A stretch of 59,658 nucleotides of DNA from a virus (Duplodnaviria; Caudoviricetes), in IMG/VR virus record IMGVR_UViG_3300027851_000001, positions 1 through 59,658 of that record. One strand, given 5' to 3'. The translations under genes and the position numbers were made by a program. The notes beneath the pieces are model-generated. The model saw nothing but the letters and a program-made list of their open reading frames with translations, had not been told where the DNA came from and did not search any database. Shown one piece after another: positions 9,801 through 18,416 of the stretch (the stretch's first letter is position 1; every line of letters starts with the position of its first letter).

Positions 9801-10025
9801 GTAACCCACAACTGGTGGACGCTGCGGCTTCGTGCGTGCAGCCAGCATGTCCTGCGTGCCTTGCTCCATCTCAGCCAGCAAGCTGTCCGCTTGCGCGTTG
9901 CTGGACCCCGGAGCGAAGCTGCCGGGCAGACCTCGCTGAACCGGGATACCGAGCGCGCGCTCGGCGCGGGCACCACCCATCAGCGACTGGTCGGCCTGCT
10001 GGTTGTAGTCAAAGACGTTCTGCAT
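3840..10025 (-). CDS. Very large internal virion/DNA ejection protein (2061 aa)
   Basis: Last large gene of the structural operon; Ala/Gly-rich helical N-terminal region; internal HETLH motif. Confidence 0.7.
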   Translation of the reverse strand: MQNVFDYNQQADQSLMGGARAERALGIPVQRGLPGSFAPGSSNAQADSLLAEMEQGTQDMLAARTKPQRPPVVGYNPDTEEVFSGGKTFRLDLDQGSANAALLDMDNPDLPPGFTAVYGDSVKQKLVKEYGDLGLVDAFQRRAGQAVGNVGSTMQDLGMEGVGQSMQEWGGALARRNPSHITGATDLMESPGQAATEALGEVAYDVPMAIAQTAVGAKIGAGLGALAAPVTGGASIPLGAFLGGAAGRFIGTLAETYGSVRSEQREAGIDNKGRALAAGSGSAALEALLGPEAAAGNLLGRAMTKQALNTTTGAAARLTGGGMAKYLGKQALIGGAVEGPLTEVPQSAIERWGAEKDLTGDGAMDEYAIGAFKGAVGGAAASPLASVPEYMQAKNFIANLQEDMQIAANPQAPSGQRVAAARRAQDVLRGSSEDPLFNEQLQEFRQKLQYIDTLIVDNAAKEALANGDAVNLLDLAPQRDLFARGDTTVQQPAALETEEPIGVAQPGQDELFGEGGAPTYGADTSFGVSPFERDQTFEGPRLTPEQRVVAGLPALNEVMDQIQAGTLPRAVSDDLTPGQQAALAGPARPVSGALTPGQQVAAAGPDPMTGFQRALQGVTLDLEAPAAPTPVATVVSSPLQGDLSAANEPAADSFTPTLDELEAEWDRDLEEEQARDAAAADSADIEAELDKVLKAQAASTPGKVTGRMNVPQGVLAGVARAVRGNKSPVVYQNKTMNPDVATTTEWSERMRSMVDAAKKVAEAFKALSAHETSMVPSGDAEKDIRSPIASDVALANRKADEGYAKATALRGQLRTAIDNLRDVSGGDMNVEAIVGSLKRRIQESKLKEQDLGKTKADTSLDVNLSQAWAQFKDGALDTVEYSDVVRPRSIRESMELKKRGLTDPPNVVAATEGSTRRPMRQGENESDEKFQQRIEDQLEFGVSGIVSRLQLHGTGYEKLLAAGVGRALRRFIGTPQEPQLAWVAEDVKAYYDPKTNTVYLHKEASPEEILHETLHTALQWYVYQNPDIAEVKMLMQALDKVLAADPATFSPKAAEVVAVLRNVAKGKSKTARLDAVLELISYGSTLYEFRKALKGMETVQEKDTGMSGLSAIWLRITRLVQKFLGVSNTVANDVLDGTVALLEMAAAPGIDAPGKRKGNILKAEVMSGMDPTSSIPELLARPGAQLPSDTDVSRYNKKILPSFLSTKFIFDALGWKYGANKVLEQSDKLAEKVRDDFPGIARWLTYVNTRFAVPVDSRAAFEQYKDDKQAGYKLTERLATFVQRQSPAKIQAIFDYLDGDKQALGDDKATAELADEVVRWRDFYVSRLGNEKASRFFSSGKFSETMLFANTEEQVAGQTFGLRKLNSMLGEKKQVEENLETSWMMLDAQGDPVLDGKYFEVFHMDAAGNKAHDGFMAAEKFDRVGAPAGHMVDQEYVWFHTSFANGKHTFRASMTVKQAVQAQQAEKLSNALRNTMSALANNFASKQFSDSLATYGHSDGHPDNAVAFDSIAHAEDSLKIKIDPALVLKAGSDAARSTQTQHLYRSPHLWVQLPDSDAYGTLKGKLIRSGVWMAMQDMSDRRPATSFRSLNTGMRWFKKAKTVYNPGTHLTNVATNFTLATMHDIPLATVKEAARLMAQYELRPNSMKPAERQLVLAFINSNAMIGDFSSAEVKQSLYNAMRESLEGDTTIMGRLGALTKMEKAKSEALQKHVDKAKGVGGRVDEIITEAYSAEDNVFRMAAFLKHAADLSALHDGKLTAEDLQAAGDFARWAFLDYDIDSKAVRMARQTVLPFISWTYAIIPVMGKIAVHQPWKIANIMLAFAILEHAFQEMAGGDEEDERLRKAGPEYIRDRMFGMGPYVHIRLPFLGDDKSPVYYRLGDYLPWTSVARGQPNGFMGQEWFPSAITPTGPLVSTIITAVAGVDPYFAKPLSPPTDTMWEKFLTRGREIAAQVAPPPVVDFMRGERVDDILKGRKDKPEGFEAVQVAKWFGMKVYSFNEDQAVVAQSRAAKAIMSEYKQEIGRLRRAEARYERPDWARFAERQTELLKRMQEEISELRGE

Positions 10026-10073
10026 GCGAATAGCCCCAGTTGTTACTGCGGGCTATTCTACCGGCGTGTCAAC

Positions 10074-11873
10074 TCACTGGATAGGCCGCAGCGTGCTCGG
10101 GCCCGCCAGATCGCCGACGCCGCCGGGCACCACCTCGAACACCCCGCGCGTGGTGCGCACCATGGCTGCGCCGTTTACCGGGTTGAACTCGACGCCCTTG
10201 ACGTCGTTCTCGCTGAGCTGGTACTTCATCAGCTCGCTCTGCATGTCCATCTGCCCCTTGGCCGCGATCTCGCGCAGCTTGTTGAGGCCCTTGACCTGCT
10301 CGGTGGCGACGCTCTCCTGCACCTTGTATCCGGCCTTGCGGTCCTCGGCGGCGCGTGCGGCCAGCGAACCCGTGAGCACACCGGTGATGTGGGTGATGAG
10401 CGCCATGCGGTCGGCCGGCGGGCTCGCCGCGCGCCAGTTGCCCTGGCCGTCCGGCTTCACCAGCACGAAACCCTCTGGGGTCTGCGTGAACGGAACACCG
10501 GCGGCGCGCGCCAACGAGGTCAGCGCTTGGTCGTTGTCGATCGCCTGCGTGGCCGCGTTGCGGACTTGGATGTCCTGTGCACCAGAGACGATCGTCACCA
10601 GCTTGTCGCGGATGGCCTGTGCCTCGGCGATGTCTTTGGCGTACGGAAGGCGCCGTGCCAGCTCGGAGTGCTGCAGGCGCAGTACACGCAGGGCTTGGTC
10701 GTCCTCGGGGGACAGGCCGGCAACGGTGCCACGGTCCACCGGCTGCGCGCCCTGCGCGACTTGTTGCGGCTGCGGGGCGACGGCTGCGGCGTCCGTGGGG
10801 ATGGGCTGCGCGCCCTGAGCCGCCTGCGCCACCTGCGGTGGTTGTTGCACCGGGAGGCCCGGCGCCGCGGCGGGGGGTTGTGCGCCCATGCGGGCCAGCA
10901 CCTGCTGGGCGTACCCGTTGGTGTCCGGCGCGTTCGGGTTCTTCAGGTCGCGGTAGGTGTTGACTTTGCCGCCCGCGATGGCCTTGGGGCCACCGTAGTA
11001 GTACGCCGCCGCCATGCGGGGGTCGCCGTTCGCAGCCTGCCACGCCTCCTGCATGTACGCCACCGCGCCGGCTTCGTTGTGCTCCGGGTTGCGCCAGTCG
11101 TAGTGCGCCGGGATCTTGCCGTTCGCCTTGAGCCCGTTGAACGTGGACTCCAGAATCTGCCCCTTGCCGAGCGCGCCTGCGTAGTTCGGCCGGCTGGTGT
11201 CCGCAGCGCCGTTGCCCGACTCCTGGCCGAAGATGGCGGCCTTGAACGCGTCGAAGCCACCGCCCTGCTCAGGGGACGCAGGAACCGGTTGTCGCAGCAG
11301 GCGTGCGGATTCCGCCGGGGCTTCACCGCGGCGCGTGTCGGTCGTAGGATTTTTCCGAACCAGTTCAGAAAGTCGGCGCTGCTGCGCGCCGCGGTTCGCG
11401 GTGGCCCGGCTGGGCTCGTCGGCGCGCTGCGCCATGGCGATGGACTGCGCGTCGTAGCCGCTTGTGGCCAGCTTGCCGGGCTTCTGTGGCGGCGCTTGGC
11501 GCGCGAGACGCGACGACTCCGCCATGCTCTGGTCCGGTGCGGCACCGGTGGGCTTGTTGACCTCGCGGTAGCGCGACGCCTTCATCGGGTTCACCTCGAT
11601 GCCGGGCTTCACCGTGGGCTGCGTGGCCGGCGCCTGGGGCGCCGCGGGGGTATTCATGCCCCACGTGCCGCCGGACGGCAAATCGACGAAGCCGGGGATG
11701 TCCTGCTGCGCGTCGGCCTTACCTCGCGCTTGGCGGTCGCGCTCGGTGGCGGCATCTGCGTCCTGCTGGCGCATGCGCTGCAGATTACGGATCTCCTGCT
11801 CCCACCGGCGGTTCGAGGACTCGACCTGCCGCGTCTCGCGGTTGGCTGTACTGATTGCGTTGAGCCAGCTCAT
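10074..11873 (-). CDS. Internal virion protein with a lytic transglycosylase (SLT-like) domain
   Basis: AIFGQESGNG...ALGKGQILESTF...MAAAYYYGGP correspond to SLT motifs I-III. Confidence 0.75.
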   Translation of the reverse strand: MSWLNAISTANRETRQVESSNRRWEQEIRNLQRMRQQDADAATERDRQARGKADAQQDIPGFVDLPSGGTWGMNTPAAPQAPATQPTVKPGIEVNPMKASRYREVNKPTGAAPDQSMAESSRLARQAPPQKPGKLATSGYDAQSIAMAQRADEPSRATANRGAQQRRLSELVRKNPTTDTRRGEAPAESARLLRQPVPASPEQGGGFDAFKAAIFGQESGNGAADTSRPNYAGALGKGQILESTFNGLKANGKIPAHYDWRNPEHNEAGAVAYMQEAWQAANGDPRMAAAYYYGGPKAIAGGKVNTYRDLKNPNAPDTNGYAQQVLARMGAQPPAAAPGLPVQQPPQVAQAAQGAQPIPTDAAAVAPQPQQVAQGAQPVDRGTVAGLSPEDDQALRVLRLQHSELARRLPYAKDIAEAQAIRDKLVTIVSGAQDIQVRNAATQAIDNDQALTSLARAAGVPFTQTPEGFVLVKPDGQGNWRAASPPADRMALITHITGVLTGSLAARAAEDRKAGYKVQESVATEQVKGLNKLREIAAKGQMDMQSELMKYQLSENDVKGVEFNPVNGAAMVRTTRGVFEVVPGGVGDLAGPSTLRPIQ

Positions 11874-11880
11874 AGGAACC

Positions 11881-13134
11881 TCATTTCACACGGCTTTCGG
11901 TGGACGTTCCCAGCGGGTTGCCGAGGTAGTAATTCAGCAGGTCTTGGATGGCGTTGGAGTTACCGGCCGCCTGATCGTTGTAGTAGCTCGCCAAGTCGCT
12001 GTTCGACTGCGCGCTGCTCGGCATGGACATGCTGGGCAGGCTCTGGCTGGCCAGCGCGGTGTAATTGCTGCCGAGCCCCTTGGCGGACGACAGCGCGCCA
12101 CCTTGCGCCGAGCGCCCGGTGTCGAGGCCCTTCATGTAGCCCGTGCTGGCGTTGGTGCTGCCCGCCACCTTGGCGCGGCGCACTTCGGCGTCGATGGCGG
12201 ACTGGCTCTTGCCTTGGCGGGCCATGCGGCTCTGCGTGTCCTGCACCGCGCGCCCGGTGGCGGCGGCCTCGGTAGCGTAGCCGCGAATACCCAGCTCCTG
12301 CGGGTTGTACAGGCTGCGCGCCTCGTTGCCCGACTGCTGCGCCTGCCGGTTCCAGTAATCTGCCTGTGCGTTGTTGCGGTTCACGGCACTGGACTGAGAC
12401 GCCTGCGACCGGTGCTGCGCACCCTGTGCGGCACGCATGTTCTCCAGCTGCGTGCGGTACATCTCCTCTTTCATCTCGCGCTCACGTGCCCGGTCGGCCA
12501 GTGTCTGCTCCATGAGCTGGTCGGAGCGCTTCTGGTCTTTGCGCGCGGCGAACATGCCGGCGACACCGATACCGAGGCGGGCGAGGTCAGCGTTTTCCCG
12601 AGCGAACTCCCGGGTCGCCTTGAAGCCGTCTTTCACTGCCCCTAGCGGCCCGCCGCTCTCGCCATCCCGTGCGGCGACGAGCATGGCCTCGCCCTTCTTC
12701 TCTGCGTCATCATCCACACCAGCGCCGCCCATCATGCCCGTGGTGCTGCTGGATGCAGTCGGCGTGCTGGCGCCGACACTCATGTCGTACCCGCTAGCCC
12801 CGTTCGCGCCAAACTGGCCTTGGCCAGCGGTATACCCGCCCGCCTGCTGCAGCGCGACGCTGTTGGCGTCACCTGCGCCGGACCACCATGCGCCGGTGGT
12901 ATCCGGCTGCGGGTTCCAGTCGGACCAGCCCTGCGTGTCCCAGTTGGTCTGGCCGCCCCAGTCGTAGCTGCCGTCGTCCCAGCCGCCACCGCCTGCGTTG
13001 TAGTCCACGCCGGGGTCGTAGCCGCCGTTGTCGTAGCTGCCCCAGTCGAAGTCAGCGTTCAGGTCCCAGTTGTCGTCCGTTACGGGCTGGCTCCACTCGG
13101 ACCAGCCCATGTCGTCCCAATTGAATTCACCCAT
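11881..13134 (-). CDS. Putative ejection/internal virion protein with a W/D/G/Y-rich N-terminus
   Basis: Position in the ejection cluster; low-complexity N-terminus and Q/A/S-rich C-terminus. Confidence 0.6.
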   Translation of the reverse strand: MGEFNWDDMGWSEWSQPVTDDNWDLNADFDWGSYDNGGYDPGVDYNAGGGGWDDGSYDWGGQTNWDTQGWSDWNPQPDTTGAWWSGAGDANSVALQQAGGYTAGQGQFGANGASGYDMSVGASTPTASSSTTGMMGGAGVDDDAEKKGEAMLVAARDGESGGPLGAVKDGFKATREFARENADLARLGIGVAGMFAARKDQKRSDQLMEQTLADRAREREMKEEMYRTQLENMRAAQGAQHRSQASQSSAVNRNNAQADYWNRQAQQSGNEARSLYNPQELGIRGYATEAAATGRAVQDTQSRMARQGKSQSAIDAEVRRAKVAGSTNASTGYMKGLDTGRSAQGGALSSAKGLGSNYTALASQSLPSMSMPSSAQSNSDLASYYNDQAAGNSNAIQDLLNYYLGNPLGTSTESRVK

Positions 13135-13137
13135 GGT

Positions 13138-14940
13138 TTACTCCTGACCCACTTGTGTGTATTTGCGCAGCAGGCCATCGAAGAAATCGCGGCCCTTGGC
13201 CCGCACGACGTGCGCCGGGATGATGTACTCGTCCGTAGCCACCTTCACAGGAGCGCCAGAGGTCTCGTTGACCGTGCCGATGGAATCGCTGCGGCCGGTG
13301 CCCGGACCGCGGATGTAGCCACCGTTGCCGAAACCGGGGACAGGTTGCTCTACCTGCGCCTGATCCATGCCGGGGACCATGCCCGGTTCGGTGGCGGGCA
13401 TCTGCGCCTGCAGCGCCTTGGAGATCACCATGATGTTGGTGATGACGGATGGGTCGAACGCGGCTGGCAGCGGGGTCATGCCCTGCTGCGCCACGAAGGC
13501 GCGCAGTTGCGGGTACAGCGCCGGGTTGTACATGGCGGCCTCGGCCACACGGCCCAGGGTCATGACTTCCTCGGGGGTCAGTTCCCCGGACTCCATGAGC
13601 GACATGGGCAGGGCAAGCAGTTGCTGCACCGCTTGCGGGTCACGCAGGGTCTGCTGCACGCGGGTCTGCACGTCGCGCTCGTCCGGGGCCGAGCCCATGG
13701 GGACGCCCATCGGCACCTGCCCGCCGTTGTTGAAGCGCATCGGGCGCGGCTGCCGGTTGGCTTGGGGGAGTCCGGGGCGAGAGAAGCCGCGCGAGGTAGC
13801 CATGCCGCCGTCCGCAGCGAAACCGCGGTTCCCGGGACCACTGCCGCCGAAGCCGCCGCCCGCACTGTTGTTGGTGCCGCCGAAGTTGCCGGTACGCCCG
13901 CCCTGCCCCCCGCGGTCGGTCATATTGGCGATGTTGCGCTGCGCCTGATCGAGGCTGGCACGGTTCTCGGCGGACATGTCACCCCAGCCCGGTTCTCCGC
14001 CGGGCAGGCTGTCCGGCACGTTTGGCAGGCCGAGGTTTGCACCGCCGTATGATTCGTTGGACACGCGGTTTCCCGGCGTGCCGGCGGGGGCGTTGCGGCC
14101 GACCTGTGCTTGCGCCTGGGCCCGAGCAGCGGCCTGGGCTTGCGCCACGCGCGCCGCGAGTGCTGCACGAGTGGTGACGTTCACACCGGTGGCGCTGGGG
14201 GCACCGGGCTGGCCCTCGTCCTGCGTCGCCATGTTAACGTTCTGCGCCAACCCGAGCACGCCGCGCACCTCGGAGGGAGCCTGCGCCACCGCGTAGCTGG
14301 CCGCCGTTCCGAGCGCGCCTCGCATCGTCGGGTCGTTATCCGGGTTGTCGTCGAACTGCCGGCGCGCGCCGCCAATAGCGTCCGCGCCAAGTTGCAACGC
14401 GCCGCTCGGAGCACCCATGGCGCCGCCGGCCATGCCGAGGAAACCGCTCATGTCCGCATCCTCGCCCGCAGCGAGGGACGCTTGGTGCCGGCGCGTGGCC
14501 GAGTCCATGCCGCTGATCATGCCGGCCGCCATGCCGATGGGGCCCGGGATCGCGCGACCCCACTGCGCCGCGCCGAGGATGCCACGGCTGAGCGCCGTCT
14601 CCGGGCCGCCCGTGCTGCTGATATTGCTGTGCCCACCGGGGGCCTGCATGTTCGGCACTGTGGTGTCCACCGACGTCAGGCCAGCGCCGGGGGCCTCGCG
14701 GTCAGACGCCGCCGGGTTCGAGAAGCCGGGGTCCAGTTGCGTCACGCGCGCTGCCGCACGAGGGGGCGGCTGGCGCCGCGGAGCCATCTGGGCGCCAACA
14801 CCGCCGGGGCGGCGCAGCGAGGCGCCAACGCGCTGGCCCACGTCACCGAAGTAGTCGATGCCGCTCTCGGGTCCACGCATGCCCACCGAGGGCCCCGACA
14901 CAGGACGGGGGTTGAGAGATTGTTCGAGCATGTTGGCCAT
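13138..14940 (-). CDS. Putative internal virion protein
   Basis: Gly/Ala-rich; C-terminal GGYIRGPGTGRSDSI...EYIIPAHVV motif seen in phage tail/internal proteins. Confidence 0.6.
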   Translation of the reverse strand: MANMLEQSLNPRPVSGPSVGMRGPESGIDYFGDVGQRVGASLRRPGGVGAQMAPRRQPPPRAAARVTQLDPGFSNPAASDREAPGAGLTSVDTTVPNMQAPGGHSNISSTGGPETALSRGILGAAQWGRAIPGPIGMAAGMISGMDSATRRHQASLAAGEDADMSGFLGMAGGAMGAPSGALQLGADAIGGARRQFDDNPDNDPTMRGALGTAASYAVAQAPSEVRGVLGLAQNVNMATQDEGQPGAPSATGVNVTTRAALAARVAQAQAAARAQAQAQVGRNAPAGTPGNRVSNESYGGANLGLPNVPDSLPGGEPGWGDMSAENRASLDQAQRNIANMTDRGGQGGRTGNFGGTNNSAGGGFGGSGPGNRGFAADGGMATSRGFSRPGLPQANRQPRPMRFNNGGQVPMGVPMGSAPDERDVQTRVQQTLRDPQAVQQLLALPMSLMESGELTPEEVMTLGRVAEAAMYNPALYPQLRAFVAQQGMTPLPAAFDPSVITNIMVISKALQAQMPATEPGMVPGMDQAQVEQPVPGFGNGGYIRGPGTGRSDSIGTVNETSGAPVKVATDEYIIPAHVVRAKGRDFFDGLLRKYTQVGQE

Positions 14941-14941
14941 A

Positions 14942-15289
14942 TCAGCGCCTCGTGTTGGTGAGCAGCGCGTTCAGCGCATCTTGGATTTTAGCCACGTCGG
15001 TGGCTAGCTGTTGCACATCGTTGAGCAGTTTGACGTAATCCTGCAGCTGCGGCACGTTGATGATGCCAGAACCGGTGTCGATGGCGTAGAAGTCGCCGCG
15101 TGCGGACAGCTGCCGCATCTCCTGGCGCTCCGCCGGCTCCACGCCGATGGTGTCGTTGGTAACGGCCCGGCCGGGGCCGCGCTGCCCCATGAGGATCTCA
15201 AGGTTCTCTTTCAGCGCCAGCAGCAAGTCGTATTGCCACTGCGGCATCTTCTCCATGGGCAGTGCTGGGATGCCTTGGTACTGGGCCAT
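14942..15289 (-). CDS. Hypothetical structural protein
   Basis: Tightly coupled within the operon; C-terminal coiled coil. Confidence 0.65.
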   Translation of the reverse strand: MAQYQGIPALPMEKMPQWQYDLLLALKENLEILMGQRGPGRAVTNDTIGVEPAERQEMRQLSARGDFYAIDTGSGIINVPQLQDYVKLLNDVQQLATDVAKIQDALNALLTNTRR

Positions 15290-17319
15290 CAGGCGCCTCG
15301 CAGTCCAGCAGGGGTCTCTGCGATGTGGATGGCGCGAACGCGCACGTTGGACGACACCTCGACCTCGAACGTGTCGGATCGGTACCCGGTGGGCAGGCGG
15401 AACGGCAGATTGTCCAGCCGCGTGGAGGAGAACACCAGCTGTTTGTCGACGTAGAACTTGAACGACACGAACTTCTGCGGGCTCACGAGGTCGGTCAGGC
15501 GACTGCCGCCAAGGTACAACTCGCCGACGTCGTCACCGCCCAGATCGCCGCCGGCTTCCCCCGTGTCTATGATCGCTTGGTTCGCCGCCTCGATGGCAGC
15601 GTTTTCCGTGGCGATCGCGTCGTCGTCCTGCCCCTCATAGTCAGCAATGACCCGGGCGGCACCGAAGTTCAGGTACTGCTTGACCGTGAACACCTTGGAT
15701 TTCCAGCTCACCGAGGTGAAGCCTACGTTCGGCGAGTTCCACAGGTACAGCGCGCCGTCGTGAGCGTAGTAGAACTCGTCGTTCAGCGCGCGGTAGTGCG
15801 CGGCGGTGAACTTGATGTCCGTCTGCACGAGGTGGCCGCCGACCTCGTCGTTGCGCTCGAACATGAACGTGTGGGTGCCGTCCGAGCCGAAGTACCGGCC
15901 CCGGTAATAGGCTCCGTACAGGGTGTTCGGGTTCACTGCCGCCACCCACGATGGCCAGCTGTGCACGTTCTTGGTCAGGTAGTCGACACCGATGGTGGTC
16001 GAGTACGCAGCCAAGCCGCCGGCAGACGCCCATACCACGCCGAAGCCGACGTTGGTCACAGAGCGCTTGGAGTTGCACGGCAGGATGTAGTCCGTGCGCC
16101 GGATGGAGACCGCTTCGGGGTTGTTGCCGTCCACCACCCATGGCGTGCGGTCTGTAAGCACCAGCAGTGTGGTGCCGTACGCGCCCAGGGCCACAATCGG
16201 GGCGTCCACCGTCTGGCGGAACTTGATGGGCCACGCGTGGGGCTTGCCCGGCTCACAGAAACACAGCGTGTTGCCGAAGAACCCCACCATCATGTTGTTG
16301 TGGATGGAGAGCAGGCCCTGCATGCTTGCGTCCGGGGCGTCGTACTCCTCGGACTCCAGTGTGTTGTCCAGGGTCAGCACGTCCACGTCGTCCACGAAAG
16401 ACGTCGTGCCAAGCGCAACTTCGCCGACGCGGAAGTATGTGGTGCCGTTGACCCCCGCCACGGTGCGGTAGATTCGCACCATCATGCCCGTCGTCTGGTA
16501 CCCGGAGCCGTGCGGCCAGGACGCCGGGAGCCCGGTCACGGTGACGGACTGGCCCTCTTTGATGAAGATGGTGGCGGACGGCTCGGACGGCACAGACTCC
16601 TCGTCCCACGCTGTCAGGTACGTGAACACGTAGTTGCGTGGGAGTGTGTTGCCGGCGAGGTTGATCCGGCCGGCGGTGTCCGCGGTAGACGCCTCGGCGG
16701 CGCCGAAGCTGAAGAACGTGAACGCGGTCGCGTTTTCGACCGTGACGCGCACGTTGGTGAGGTTGTACCCGGTGCCGCCGAAGCTGGTCGTCGTGGCGTA
16801 GTCGCCCGTGGTCAGGCCGTGCGCAGCCGAGGTGACGATGCGCGCCGTGTTGCCTGCGTCGCGCGAGCGGGTGGAGGACGATTTCTGCGTGAACGTGGCT
16901 GCCGTGGCCACCGGGATGTTTGTCGGGAGCGGCAGGCCCAGCACGTAGGAGGCGGCCGGGTAGTTCGGGCCGGATGTAGCCAGATCGTACGTCGTCACCT
17001 TCGGCGCACCGTCGCCGGTGTAGTACATGCGCTGGGTCTCGTCGGCGTCCTCCACCTGCGCCACGGCTACATCCACGTCGGTGGTCCAGTGCAGCCACGC
17101 CAGTTCGCCCGTGATCGGGTCCGCCAGCGGGTAGATGGAGAGGATGTCGCCGACCTTGGTGAACGCCTGGATACGCTCGGCGCGGCGGTACGGCAGCAGG
17201 TCGCCGGAGGACAGGTCGAGGTTGAACGCGTACTGGGCGACGGTGTCGGGCAGCAGCTCGGGGCTGATCTTGGGCGCTTCACCGAAGAAGCGCTGGATTT
17301 TCATTGCTACGCCGGCCAT
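15289..17319 (-). CDS. Tail nozzle/stabilization (tail tubular B-like) protein
   Basis: 676 aa, beta-rich; LCFCEPGKPHAWP motif; lies just before the ejection proteins. Confidence 0.7.
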   Translation of the reverse strand: MAGVAMKIQRFFGEAPKISPELLPDTVAQYAFNLDLSSGDLLPYRRAERIQAFTKVGDILSIYPLADPITGELAWLHWTTDVDVAVAQVEDADETQRMYYTGDGAPKVTTYDLATSGPNYPAASYVLGLPLPTNIPVATAATFTQKSSSTRSRDAGNTARIVTSAAHGLTTGDYATTTSFGGTGYNLTNVRVTVENATAFTFFSFGAAEASTADTAGRINLAGNTLPRNYVFTYLTAWDEESVPSEPSATIFIKEGQSVTVTGLPASWPHGSGYQTTGMMVRIYRTVAGVNGTTYFRVGEVALGTTSFVDDVDVLTLDNTLESEEYDAPDASMQGLLSIHNNMMVGFFGNTLCFCEPGKPHAWPIKFRQTVDAPIVALGAYGTTLLVLTDRTPWVVDGNNPEAVSIRRTDYILPCNSKRSVTNVGFGVVWASAGGLAAYSTTIGVDYLTKNVHSWPSWVAAVNPNTLYGAYYRGRYFGSDGTHTFMFERNDEVGGHLVQTDIKFTAAHYRALNDEFYYAHDGALYLWNSPNVGFTSVSWKSKVFTVKQYLNFGAARVIADYEGQDDDAIATENAAIEAANQAIIDTGEAGGDLGGDDVGELYLGGSRLTDLVSPQKFVSFKFYVDKQLVFSSTRLDNLPFRLPTGYRSDTFEVEVSSNVRVRAIHIAETPAGLRGA

Positions 17320-17409
17320 GACTTACCTCGGCGGTTGGGGTGGGCGTAGGTGGGCTGCAGCAACATGCGGAGATTGTATCCGCGCGTCACCGCAGCCGCT
17401 AGTGGGTAC

Positions 17410-18036
17410 TCACTCTGCTGTGGCAGGCGGCACAGCCTCGATGCGGATCTTGTCCGCCGTTGCGCGGTCAAGCGCAGCCGGGTCGTTGCGGGTGCCCACC
17501 AGATCGCGCATGAGCGAGTTGTTGCTCTGCGTGGTGAACGTGGACACAGCAGCGTTGGTCTCGATGCTCAGCTTGGCGATCTCGGACGTCTTGTCGATCT
17601 GGTACCACGGGATCAGCACGGACGCAGCGGTTTCCTTGATCTCGCGCCAGATTTTCAGGCCAGTGGACTCCACCTTGGGAGGGGGAGCGAGCGCGTAGCC
17701 AGCGCCTCCGATCTGTGGCGGTGGTGCGTATACCCGGAACGACTTGGCATCGATGGTGATGGGTTTTCCGTCGTGCGCCTCCATCTCCACCAGGGGCATG
17801 GACGAGCCCTTGGTGCCGACGCCTGCGATGGCCTTGATCGCGCCGTAGTAGTCCCGGTTCATGAGCACCGTGGCCGCGTCCGAGGACGACATGCCGGCAG
17901 TGACGCCCTTGGCCGTGGAGGTGTTCTCGTCGCTGATGGTCTCCGTGACCTTGACGAGGGGGTCGGCGAGGCCGGCAAAGTCGAAGCCGGCGCAGCCGGA
18001 TAGACCGAGGACAGCGATGAGCAGAAAGCGTTTCAT
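17410..18036 (-). CDS. Lipoprotein, possible spanin
   Basis: MKRFLLIAVLGLSG-C lipobox at the end of the lysis cluster. Confidence 0.6.
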   Translation of the reverse strand: MKRFLLIAVLGLSGCAGFDFAGLADPLVKVTETISDENTSTAKGVTAGMSSSDAATVLMNRDYYGAIKAIAGVGTKGSSMPLVEMEAHDGKPITIDAKSFRVYAPPPQIGGAGYALAPPPKVESTGLKIWREIKETAASVLIPWYQIDKTSEIAKLSIETNAAVSTFTTQSNNSLMRDLVGTRNDPAALDRATADKIRIEAVPPATAE

Positions 18037-18416
18037 GGGGTTCCTTTGGTGGGGGTTGGCGGTACGTATCGGCAGTACACCCGGCGTTCCCACCGGTCTT
18101 TGCATAGGCTTCCGCTGCACGTCTTGATCTCGCCCGGCAGCCACTGCAAGTTGGATATGTTATCGCACCCGCCGCATACAAGGGGGATGATGTGGTCTTT
18201 GTACCACCCCGGGCAGCGCCCGGCGGCGGCACCGTTGGCGGGGCACGGGTACACCTGCTGGAAAGCACGCAGCACAGCGCGCGAGCGGAGAATGGTGCCG
18301 TCAGCGTCCCTGGCCGGTGGGCCGCAGTAGCGGGCGTCTTGTGGAAAAACCACGGCCGGGACCAGCAACGCGGCCAGTAGAAGGGCGAACAACAGCGCGT
18401 TGGCAAGGCGGATCAT
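18033..18416 (-). CDS. HNH-type nuclease with an N-terminal signal peptide/TM segment
   Basis: MIRLANALLFALLLAALLVPAVVF followed by KDHIIPLVCGGCDNISNLQWL; 4-nt overlaps on both sides. Confidence 0.65.
   Translation of the reverse strand: MIRLANALLFALLLAALLVPAVVFPQDARYCGPPARDADGTILRSRAVLRAFQQVYPCPANGAAAGRCPGWYKDHIIPLVCGGCDNISNLQWLPGEIKTCSGSLCKDRWERRVYCRYVPPTPTKGTP

Noticed and set aside
8823-12275. Long plus-strand ORFs (1150 aa here, also 5682..8045 and 15262..17349)
   Set aside because: They are antisense shadows of high-GC structural genes, with no motifs or RBS context.
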